A stretch of DNA of 48,069 nucleotides. Origin: a virus. Shown here piece after piece: positions 40,891 to 47,905 of the stretch. The stretch lies in IMG/VR virus record IMGVR_UViG_3300031234_000002, one strand, 5' to 3'. The number at the start of each line of letters is the position of its first letter. Position 1 is the stretch's first letter. The notes below the pieces were generated by a model. That model was not told the DNA's origin. It saw nothing but the letters and a program-made list of their open reading frames with translations, and made no database searches. Position numbers and translations under genes: made by a program.

Positions 40891-41708
40891 CCCAACAACT
40901 TCAACCCCGGAATCCGACTGATAGAAATACAGCGGCAGAAGGGTTTCTCCCCAGGATTGATGAACTCAATCTGACCCTTCTCATTCTTGATCGGGCAGCC
41001 GTCGCGCACCTTATATACGCGGCCGGTTGCCCGCTGGTGCTCCACCCGTGGATGCTTGCCTGCCCCACTATGCCGCCACTCGGCCTCTTCAATTCCCAAC
41101 TCCAGCCGACGGGCGCGCTCAATGACGGCATTTGCCTTGTTGCTTTGATCCAGTGCGATAAATGCAGCTCGCCGGCGCGTCACCCCGCCGATACGCATGA
41201 GGTCGGCTACCATCACGTCCAACCCTTTACCCTGCGAGTAGGCGCGGGAAAATGCGCCCTGCACCTGACCCAGATATTGCTCGGGGATACTCTTGATGAG
41301 TCCGATGTTCTCGGCTAATGATGCGTTGAATGCATCGGTCACTGGCGCAGTCATTTGAAATTTGACTGTGAATCCGATGTCCCGAAGAGCCATCATCATC
41401 GCCGTATCCGTAGCGGCCCGTTGGCGCTTGAGATAGGCTTTGGCGATCTTTGGACCGGCCTTATCAAAGCGCTTCAACCATCGCTTACGAAGTTCATCGA
41501 AGCGCTTGATCATCTGCTGTGACGGCGTGGCATCCATCGCTACCGGGGGTGCTTCACGATACTGAGCCTGAAGCCAATAGATAATGCTCGCCGTCATATC
41601 GTCTATGACGGCGAGCATCTGTTTCTGATAACGCTGACGGAGGCCGGCGTTAGCTCGAATCGGTCTGAGCTTAGTGGCCAATGGCGAACCACGTCTGGTT
41701 GGTAACAC
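40887..41708 (-). CDS. Head morphogenesis protein (Mu gpF / SPP1 gp7-like)
   Basis: 273 aa. RRRAAFIALDQSNKANAVIERAR..GIEEAEWRHSGAGKHPRVEHQRATG fits the Phage_Mu_F pattern. Downstream of the portal gene. Confidence 0.75.
   Translation of the reverse strand: MLPTRRGSPLATKLRPIRANAGLRQRYQKQMLAVIDDMTASIIYWLQAQYREAPPVAMDATPSQQMIKRFDELRKRWLKRFDKAGPKIAKAYLKRQRAATDTAMMMALRDIGFTVKFQMTAPVTDAFNASLAENIGLIKSIPEQYLGQVQGAFSRAYSQGKGLDVMVADLMRIGGVTRRRAAFIALDQSNKANAVIERARRLELGIEEAEWRHSGAGKHPRVEHQRATGRVYKVRDGCPIKNEKGQIEFINPGEKPFCRCISISRIPGLKLLG
40894..40922. repeat. 29-nt imperfect direct repeat, copy 2 (within the Mu-F-like gene 3' end)
   Basis: See 40657..40685. On the minus strand it encodes RIPGLKLLG-stop. 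Confidence 0.85.
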
Positions 41709-42255
41709 CGTTGTTACGCAACGTTAATTGAGTAGTTGTGCAAATTACCCCGCCCGTAGGAACGATGAGCGTTTCTTGAGCTTGCGTTCCTGAGTCCTGG
41801 TATTGGCCAGTTTGAGCCCATAGACAACCATTCGGAAAGGTCAAAGGGAACGTCACAGTTTGAGGTCCGGTATCGAAATCCCCAGTCGTTCCCCATTCCA
41901 AAATCAACCCGTCCCCGAGAGTCTGAAAGCCGCTCGTTCCGGTAAACGCTGGACCAGCCACCGTAGCGGTCACGCGGCCTTGAGCATCTGTAGTAATGGA
42001 CGTAGGGAGTAGCGTCGTCCCCGGAGTCCCTACGTTGGGCAGGGAAGCATTCGGAAGAGTGGTAGCATCCACGTACTGCGAACCGTTGCCCACCAGCAGA
42101 TGATTGGCCGGGGCTGCTCCTGCGAACTCATAGCCCGTGACCGAGTTGATGAATCCGCTGGCGGTGACGTTGGCGAATATCCCATTGACTGCCCCCATCA
42201 TCGCAACGCAGATGAACGCCGCAATCATTCCGATAGCAAACTGTCGTTTACGCAT
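41671..42255 (-). CDS. Signal-anchored mini-fibre with a gp53-like fibre-tip C-domain
   Basis: ATG 42255 gives MRKRQFAIGMIAAFICVAMMGAVNG (signal or TM). Fibre motifs LLVGNGSQYVDATTLP, LLPTSITTDAQGRVTATV and GFQTLGDGLILEWGTT..VTFPLTFPNGC...WFAIGH. Confidence 0.6.
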   Translation of the reverse strand: MRKRQFAIGMIAAFICVAMMGAVNGIFANVTASGFINSVTGYEFAGAAPANHLLVGNGSQYVDATTLPNASLPNVGTPGTTLLPTSITTDAQGRVTATVAGPAFTGTSGFQTLGDGLILEWGTTGDFDTGPQTVTFPLTFPNGCLWAQTGQYQDSGTQAQETLIVPTGGVICTTTQLTLRNNGVTNQTWFAIGH

Positions 42256-42409
42256 CACGCCCTACTTTCTCCAGGTACACCCGTTGGCCAACCTCGTCTA
42301 TCATTTCCATCAGCAAGTTCCCGTCCCCACATTCGGCTAAGGCGATCAGTCCGCACAAAAATAGCGGGTTTGCTCCGTTGCGCATGGCATCTTCAATCTC
42401 TTCAGGCAT
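42248..42409 (-). CDS. Hypothetical 53-aa acidic protein
   Basis: The ATG overlaps the portal stop (ATGCCTGA), and the portal's GGAGATGGAG serves as its SD. Confidence 0.4.
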   Translation of the reverse strand: MPEEIEDAMRNGANPLFLCGLIALAECGDGNLLMEMIDEVGQRVYLEKVGRDA

Positions 42410-43877
42410 CGTCATCTCCATCTCCCTCAGCATCATTATCACCTTCAGGGACTTCAGTGACATTCAATCCTTCGTAACCGCTGTCCGGGTTACGTGCGAG
42501 CTTTTCGCGCACCTCTTCCGGCGAGAGTACTTGCCGATCAAGGTAGGCAGCATCTCGGTCGGCATCCGTCTTGCGCAGTTCCGCCTCTTCCTTCGGCGTC
42601 ATCTGATAGAGCGGTTCCCAATTGACTGTGATGTTGGGATCAATCTTGCCGTAGCGGATGAGCTGGATGATTTCCAGCACTCGCACCACGATCCAATTCC
42701 AATCGCGATATTGCAGCGAGCGCACCCAGTCGAAGAACGCCCTAATCTCACCTTCCGCCAGATTGCCGAAGCCGGTCGGAGAAATACCAAGCAAGATGAC
42801 GGCGGGAATGTGACTGACGGAGCACATCTGCTCCTGGGATTGAGCCTGAAGAGCATCAAGGCCGCCCAGAGGCACATTCTGAATGACAAGCTCTTCGCGA
42901 TCCTTATCCATCGCCCCAATGCCCTTGTTATTGCGGGTGAGCGTGAAGTAATCCAGTCGATCCCTTAGGCTTGCTCCATCGTCAGTTCCGTTAAGAACTT
43001 GCGACATGTCGGTCATCAGCATCAAAACGGAAAAATTGTTGATCAGATCGGAAACGCTTCCCACGGTTCGCAACCATCGGTCAACGTATGGTTCTGCGAG
43101 TTGACTCATGCTCATCCCGCCGAAATTGAAAGCGGGCTTGAGCATGTCGGTAACTGGGCGCGTTACGACGGTCAAGAGACGATCAGCATGGATGCGGCGG
43201 CCAAGCATGAACCATCCGACCGGCTTATAAAAATCATCTCGCGTAGGATCGTCGGCATTATAGACGCTCGGAGTCGTCCACATTGCCTCGACCGCCTTGA
43301 CGCGGAAGTATTTGGTGATCTTCTCATCCTCACCGATACTTTCTTTCTTGATTGTCTTCGGGGTGAGGAGGAGTGGGGTATCGCGAATTTGGTCGGAACT
43401 TTGGCTGCGAATGTCGAGGAATATTTGAGCGCGCCCATAGAAGCTATCGTGATCGCACATCGTCGCGATGACTTCCTTTAGGCCGATGTCTTTCATATCC
43501 TGCTCAAGTTGACTGATGACCTCTTTGGTAGCGTCGTCGTCGGTATTTGTCGAACCCAACTTGAGCCATTCTCGGGTGAGATTGTTGCTCATCGCCTGCG
43601 CAAACATGCGATATTCAGCTCGCGTCGAAAGCATCGATAGGTAGGGGTAACCGGGGAATCCGACAAATTCGGTCCCACCCCAACCCTGACTAACAGAGTA
43701 GTTGTAGCCGTAGGAATCCATTGCTACCGGAGCTTGAGTGTCGGCAGGCACTACGCCTGCGGCCAGTACGGGAGCTTGGACTGGGTAGGCGTAGCTCTTC
43801 TCTGGTTTGGCGTCCATGCGAGCCTTTAGGACGGCGCGGCGCATTCCATCCTTCGGTTCCGGGTTGCGAGTCGGCAT
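42402..43877 (-). CDS. Portal protein (DUF1073-like)
   Basis: 491 aa, between TerL and the Mu-F-like gene, with an acidic C-terminus. The pattern fits the DUF1073/HI1409 portal family. Confidence 0.75.
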   Translation of the reverse strand: MPTRNPEPKDGMRRAVLKARMDAKPEKSYAYPVQAPVLAAGVVPADTQAPVAMDSYGYNYSVSQGWGGTEFVGFPGYPYLSMLSTRAEYRMFAQAMSNNLTREWLKLGSTNTDDDATKEVISQLEQDMKDIGLKEVIATMCDHDSFYGRAQIFLDIRSQSSDQIRDTPLLLTPKTIKKESIGEDEKITKYFRVKAVEAMWTTPSVYNADDPTRDDFYKPVGWFMLGRRIHADRLLTVVTRPVTDMLKPAFNFGGMSMSQLAEPYVDRWLRTVGSVSDLINNFSVLMLMTDMSQVLNGTDDGASLRDRLDYFTLTRNNKGIGAMDKDREELVIQNVPLGGLDALQAQSQEQMCSVSHIPAVILLGISPTGFGNLAEGEIRAFFDWVRSLQYRDWNWIVVRVLEIIQLIRYGKIDPNITVNWEPLYQMTPKEEAELRKTDADRDAAYLDRQVLSPEEVREKLARNPDSGYEGLNVTEVPEGDNDAEGDGDDDA

Positions 43878-43884
43878 GACGATA

Positions 43885-43947
43885 TTATGCCATGCCCCTC
43901 GTTGCTCTGGCGGGTCGCCGCGATCCTCCTTGGGTTAGAATGCCCAT
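43885..43947 (-). CDS. 20-aa relay mini-ORF between TerL and portal (MGILTQGGSRRPARATRGMA)
   Basis: Its ATG overlaps the TerL stop (TAATG). Its TAA is 7 nt upstream of the SD-less portal ATG. It may be only a translational coupling device. Confidence 0.3.
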   Translation of the reverse strand: MGILTQGGSRRPARATRGMA

Positions 43948-45443
43948 TATCTTACACTTCCGGCGGCGCGGGCCATTGCAGCTCCACTGATGGCTATTCG
44001 CCCGAAAAGCGGATACAACCGGCGCAGCGCCATAGTAAAACTATCCACCTGATCGTCATTTGCAACTGATCCTGGGCCGCTGAATCGCGTCACTTCGGCT
44101 AGCCATGTTCCCGGCAGATGTTGGCCGCCGGCAGATCCAATCCACTCTGCGACATCGGGATGCGGCAGCCACACGTTCATCGCTTCCCATACGCTGGTAA
44201 CCGCATGAGCGCGGGCCGTCTTTGATCCATCGGGTTCGACGGGGATGAGACCGAACACCTTCATCTTCAGGAAGTCGATTACGGCCGGCCCGTTGGCTTT
44301 ATCCTCGATCAGAACCTCGCGAGATATGAGTCCTCCCCATGTCCGGAGCACCTCAACCTGCCTGGCGGTCTCAGTGAATCCCATCTGCCCTCGGATCTGA
44401 TGTAGAAGGTAGCAATAAGCACCCTTCTTACCCCACTTCTGGCCGACAACATAGTCCGATCCATCGGTATCCTTGAAAGTGCAATCCCATGAGTCGATGA
44501 TGAGATCGAAGCTCTTCGGCAGCATTTTGGGCAGATAGAACTGAATGCCGGTAACTTTGAAGATGCTGCCACCAAGAGGATGGGGGCTCTGCTGATACAC
44601 CGCAGAGAACCAAAACTCGGAAGTGGTAGCTTTTCTTTCCCTCAAAAGTTCTTCGCTCTTGAGATCGGGAACCAAAGCGCCTTTGGGGAGCTTCGGGTTG
44701 TATCCGGTCTCATTCGGATAGTTGAGAGCAGGGAAGCGCAACACCGTCAGACGATGACGGTGCTCAGGTTTGCTATACATCGCTTCGATTCGAGCAGGCA
44801 AATCGTCTTCAGCCCATGAAGTGGCCATAACGATCTCACCGCTATATTCACTAAGACGAGCCATGAACTCTGCTTGATACCAATTCCAATGACTTTCTTT
44901 AGTTACCTCACTTAGTGCCTCTTTCTGACCCTTTGTAGGATCGTCAATAATCCCGATATTGATAGTTTTACCGGCAATACCTGCTGTAATGCCAGTACTG
45001 AAATAGCTTCCGTTTCCATAAGGAGAATTAAAGAAATTGATGGTTGATCGATCAAATTTATCTTTAGGTTTAATATTCGGAAAGAGACGTTTATGTTTCG
45101 TGCTCGTTAAATTGCGTCGAACCCATTGAGCCATTCCGTTAGCTAAGTCCGAATCATAAGATGCCGTGCCGATAAGCCATTCGGGACAGGTAGACATCAA
45201 GAACGCTGGCAACTTACGGCTCACCATCTCTGACTTACCGTGCTGCGGAGGAGCTTTGAGAATCAACACTGGGCGTATACCAGCATTCACATCGTTGATG
45301 AATTTAGTGATCGCTCGGCACACCGCTTCACTGAAAGCACTTGTCTTGAAATGAGGGGACGTATAGGTGATGTAATCGTGCAGATGTAGCCGCGCTCGCC
45401 GGCGGTGCTGCAATTCTTTGAGCAACTCTGAGCGCGCGATCAT
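43947..45443 (-). CDS. terL: Terminase large subunit
   Basis: 498 aa. Walker A-like KAPPQHGKSE, Walker B NIGIIDDP, and C-terminal nuclease-type motifs (IIDSWDCTFKDTDGSDYVVG). Confidence 0.85.
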   Translation of the reverse strand: MIARSELLKELQHRRRARLHLHDYITYTSPHFKTSAFSEAVCRAITKFINDVNAGIRPVLILKAPPQHGKSEMVSRKLPAFLMSTCPEWLIGTASYDSDLANGMAQWVRRNLTSTKHKRLFPNIKPKDKFDRSTINFFNSPYGNGSYFSTGITAGIAGKTINIGIIDDPTKGQKEALSEVTKESHWNWYQAEFMARLSEYSGEIVMATSWAEDDLPARIEAMYSKPEHRHRLTVLRFPALNYPNETGYNPKLPKGALVPDLKSEELLRERKATTSEFWFSAVYQQSPHPLGGSIFKVTGIQFYLPKMLPKSFDLIIDSWDCTFKDTDGSDYVVGQKWGKKGAYCYLLHQIRGQMGFTETARQVEVLRTWGGLISREVLIEDKANGPAVIDFLKMKVFGLIPVEPDGSKTARAHAVTSVWEAMNVWLPHPDVAEWIGSAGGQHLPGTWLAEVTRFSGPGSVANDDQVDSFTMALRRLYPLFGRIAISGAAMARAAGSVR

Positions 45444-45462
45444 ATTGACACTATACGCAACT

Positions 45463-45531
45463 CAGCCCCGGCGCTGTCGGCAAGGACGATGCAAACCGGG
45501 GCTGGTGCTCAACGTCTCGGAGGAAACGTTG
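45463..45531 (-). other. Two hairpins in the 99-nt gap before terL; the second exposes UUCCUCCGAG in its loop
   Basis: CAGCCCCGG (45463-71) pairs with CCGGGGCTG (45496-504), 9 bp. CAACGT (45510-15) pairs with ACGTTG (45526-31) around the loop CTCGGAGGAA on the + strand, which is UUCCUCCGAG on the transcribed - strand. Confidence 0.5.
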
Positions 45532-45542
45532 GACTCAGAATA

Positions 45543-45725
45543 CTACTTGGTCGCCTGCTTTGCAATGGCCCAGACATCTTCCGTCAATCGCTTCAAAGCG
45601 CCCGTATCCAACGCATGGCGATGCAAGGTCTCTGCAAAAATCTTGGCCGCAGTATAAATGGCGGTGCGATCCGATTCAGCCTTTTCATTTAGATCGAACA
45701 ATGCGTTGATAAAATCCTGATCCAT
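45543..45725 (-). CDS. Hypothetical 60-aa protein between terS and terL
   Basis: ATG 45725 lies 6 nt after GGAGGGG and 1 nt after the terS TGA. Confidence 0.5.
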   Translation of the reverse strand: MDQDFINALFDLNEKAESDRTAIYTAAKIFAETLHRHALDTGALKRLTEDVWAIAKQATK

Positions 45726-45726
45726 T

Positions 45727-46482
45727 TCAAACCCCTCCATTTTCCGATAGTAACATCGTCGCTATTTGGTCGTCACTCAGGTCTTCGGCCGTGAAGTTGA
45801 CCGTGGATATTGGGCCGCCGCCAGGACCGGCGATTTCGTTCTTGTTGACAATCATTCCGAGGAACTTGGCAATATTGTCGAGCGCCTTATCTTGATCGCG
45901 CATCTTGATCTCAATGCCATCCTTGGTCTTCTTCACTCCAGCACAGAGGCGGCGTGCAGCCCCGCGAACGCGCCTGGTGTCGGCTACCCTCACTTGCTCT
46001 ACTCCATCGCCGTGGCAGGCGGGACAGCCTTCGTGCGGAGCTTCATGTGGATTGAACCCGAAGCCACCCGTGGCGAGCGGCGGGATGCGCTTACCGCACG
46101 GCTGCTCACATTTACTGCCACAGGTGTGATCCAGACATTGGCGAACCACTTCATCATACTCAAATTGAGTCCATTGATATTGATGATTGATCCCATGACA
46201 ATGCCGGCAGCACTCAGTCTCAACCCAGATCAGATCGCTCGGATCGGCGCTCGCAATCTCACGCCATTGATTGAGTACCCATTCGACTGTGAGCGCTCTG
46301 GCCTTCGCTCTGATCTCGATCTGTTCCTGAATCGCTTCTTGAACTTCTACCTCTTGCAAAAAACGATAGGCCATCATCGGAGCATTCTCAGGCTTCGATC
46401 CGGTCCTAATGGCAGCCTGAGTCCCATTAAAATCAACGAGATACTCGACCACAAACGTATTGCGTTCGCTATTCACAGCCAC
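45727..46482 (-). CDS. terS: Terminase small subunit (Terminase_2-like) with a Cys-rich insert
   Basis: NTFVVEYLVDFNGTQAAIRTGSKPENAPMMAYRFLQ..VQEAI matches the Terminase_2 N-domain. GTG start with no SD. Confidence 0.75.
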   Translation of the reverse strand: MAVNSERNTFVVEYLVDFNGTQAAIRTGSKPENAPMMAYRFLQEVEVQEAIQEQIEIRAKARALTVEWVLNQWREIASADPSDLIWVETECCRHCHGINHQYQWTQFEYDEVVRQCLDHTCGSKCEQPCGKRIPPLATGGFGFNPHEAPHEGCPACHGDGVEQVRVADTRRVRGAARRLCAGVKKTKDGIEIKMRDQDKALDNIAKFLGMIVNKNEIAGPGGGPISTVNFTAEDLSDDQIATMLLSENGGV

Positions 46483-46511
46483 AGAATACGCTCATCGGTG
46501 ATCAGAGTCAA
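46483..46511 (-). promoter_or_regulatory. Candidate late promoter TTGACT-N17-TATTCT abutting the terS start
   Basis: On the minus strand, TTGACT is at 46511-06, followed by a 17-nt spacer and TATTCT at 46488-83. GTGGCTGTG follows immediately, so the transcript would be leaderless or nearly so. Confidence 0.3.
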
Positions 46512-46514
46512 TTC

Positions 46515-46815
46515 CATACCCCGTTGGGTGCATTCGGGGTTGCTACGGGCAAACCAACGGGCATTCTTTAGAATCAATGCTTTAAGTACAAAATACCCCG
46601 ATACCCCGTAGTATATAGTCAATAGGTCCAGACCAATTACAGTATTCAAATATTAGTACTAAATATAGATATAGGTTTAGACACAATCTATATCTAAAGT
46701 CGATTATTGAAAAACGAGTTCAGCTTCCACACGCTGGAGTTTGGGGCTACGGGCCTCATTTCAGGTAAGCATATTTCGCCTTTTGCTGGCATTTTTCAAT
46801 TTCCAACGGGGTATG
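46515..46815. repeat. Repeat-rich AT-rich control region (ATACCCCG x4, CCAACGGGGTATG inverted pair, GCTACGGGC x2, 9-bp IR)
   Basis: ATACCCCG occurs at 46516, 46593 and 46601 (+) and at 46806-13 (-). cataccccgttgg (46515-27) is the reverse complement of ccaacggggtatg (46803-15). gctacgggc occurs at 46542 and 46746. TAGATATAG (46666-74) pairs with CTATATCTA (46688-96). Confidence 0.85.
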
Positions 46816-46857
46816 AAATTCTGAGTTTTAAGCTCGAATGTGACTGATTGAATTTTA

Positions 46858-46887
46858 TTGACCGAAATTGTCTAATAGTGATATTAT
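46858..46887 (+). promoter_or_regulatory. Sigma70-type promoter TTGACC-N18-TATTAT with an extended -10 TG
   Basis: TTGACC at 46858-63 and TGATATTAT at 46879-87. It lies 33 nt upstream of ATG 46920, and GGAGG is at 46907-11. Confidence 0.5.
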
Positions 46888-46919
46888 GACAGGTATCACA
46901 ACTGATGGAGGTCATCTCT

Positions 46920-47174
46920 ATGAAAATGAGAGATGCTTTAGAAATCATCAAAAGAAAAACTCGTACAAAAATGAAAGTGACTTGCACTCCAATACGTGCA
47001 GCCGAAAATGAGTTTTTCGATGCACTTGAAATTTCAAAAACCCATGAACGTTTGAAGCAGGGTGCGATTGATGGGAATCTGGAGTTTTTCTATTCATCTA
47101 TTCGATGCCCCAAATGCAAACGCTTTCGCCGAATCCACGTTGTCAACGGAAGGTGTGAGGAATGCCAGAAATAA
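46920..47174 (+). CDS. Small zinc-ribbon protein, first early gene
   Basis: The ATG lies 8 nt after GGAGG. 84 aa with CPKC...CEEC. Confidence 0.6.
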   Translation: MKMRDALEIIKRKTRTKMKVTCTPIRAAENEFFDALEISKTHERLKQGAIDGNLEFFYSSIRCPKCKRFRRIHVVNGRCEECQK

Positions 47175-47845
47175 TCGATCGTAAAACCGCCATCGCCCGA
47201 GGTCTCACTAAATACTTCACGGGTAAACCTTGCAGTCACGGTCACTTGTCCGAGCGCTACTGCAAGAACGGAGCTTGCCAAAGGTGCTTGAGTCCAAACA
47301 GTACCGGCCTCGTTCGGCTACAGCCGGCGGCCATCGAAGGTCAAATAGTCAGCGGCCCCGATGATCGGCTGGAGTTGATGAAGGAGAAGCTGGCAATCGA
47401 TCGCATCAATGCTGAAGCGAACGCCAGACTCATCGAACTTCGAGCGCAATCTCTCGCACTCAGGTCCAATCTAAGTAATGAGCGAACCGAGCGCCGTGCC
47501 GACCGCGAGAAGCGCAAGTTCCTCAAAGAACACCTGGTTCCAGTCAACATCCTGGGCTTCGACGAGGATTACCACGTGGCCGTCAATATGGTATGGATGG
47601 CCGCCATGATGCGGAACCCCGAGATCACCAAAGCGGACGTGCTCACCGGGCGCAAGAATGAGTTCGGCTATTACATCATGAGATGCTTCCCAGAAGACAA
47701 GGTGATGCTCTGCGAGCAGACCAATCGGCTCTATAGCCAAAAGAGAACTGACGATGTCATCCGGCTGCGAGAGCAAGCCATCGCCAGCGCCCAGGTAGCG
47801 GAAGCGGCTGAGATTGAATCGGAATGGCCTGAATTTAGACCTTGA
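47162..47845 (+). CDS. Hypothetical protein with an N-terminal Cys/His knuckle (YFTGKPCSHGH..R....GACQRC) and a coiled-coil
   Basis: 227 aa. The ATG lies 8 nt after GGAAGG. The N-terminal motif recurs in many phage proteins of unknown function. Confidence 0.65.
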   Translation: MPEIIDRKTAIARGLTKYFTGKPCSHGHLSERYCKNGACQRCLSPNSTGLVRLQPAAIEGQIVSGPDDRLELMKEKLAIDRINAEANARLIELRAQSLALRSNLSNERTERRADREKRKFLKEHLVPVNILGFDEDYHVAVNMVWMAAMMRNPEITKADVLTGRKNEFGYYIMRCFPEDKVMLCEQTNRLYSQKRTDDVIRLREQAIASAQVAEAAEIESEWPEFRP

Positions 47846-47898
47846 CACGCTACCCGTAGTGTGAGAAGATAAAGGAGTAGCAAAAAACTCTCGGAGGA
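47842..47898 (+). promoter_or_regulatory. Promoter/operator/leader cassette B (paralogue of 39547..39603)
   Basis: TTGACA at 47842-47 overlaps the upstream stop codon. CACGCTAC-CC-GTAGTGTG is at 47846-63, followed by GAAGAT and the leader CTCTCGGAGGA. ATG 47906 is 8 nt downstream. Confidence 0.5.
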
Positions 47899-47905
47899 AA
47901 TCACA

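Noticed and set aside
45766-46611. A 281-aa + strand ORF antisense to terS, and similar long antisense ORFs (for example 36536..37051, 4049..4582, 19088..19516).
   Set aside because: The opposite strand encodes proteins with recognisable family motifs in tightly coupled operons. Long antisense ORFs are expected in GC-rich coding DNA, and none has an SD or operon context.
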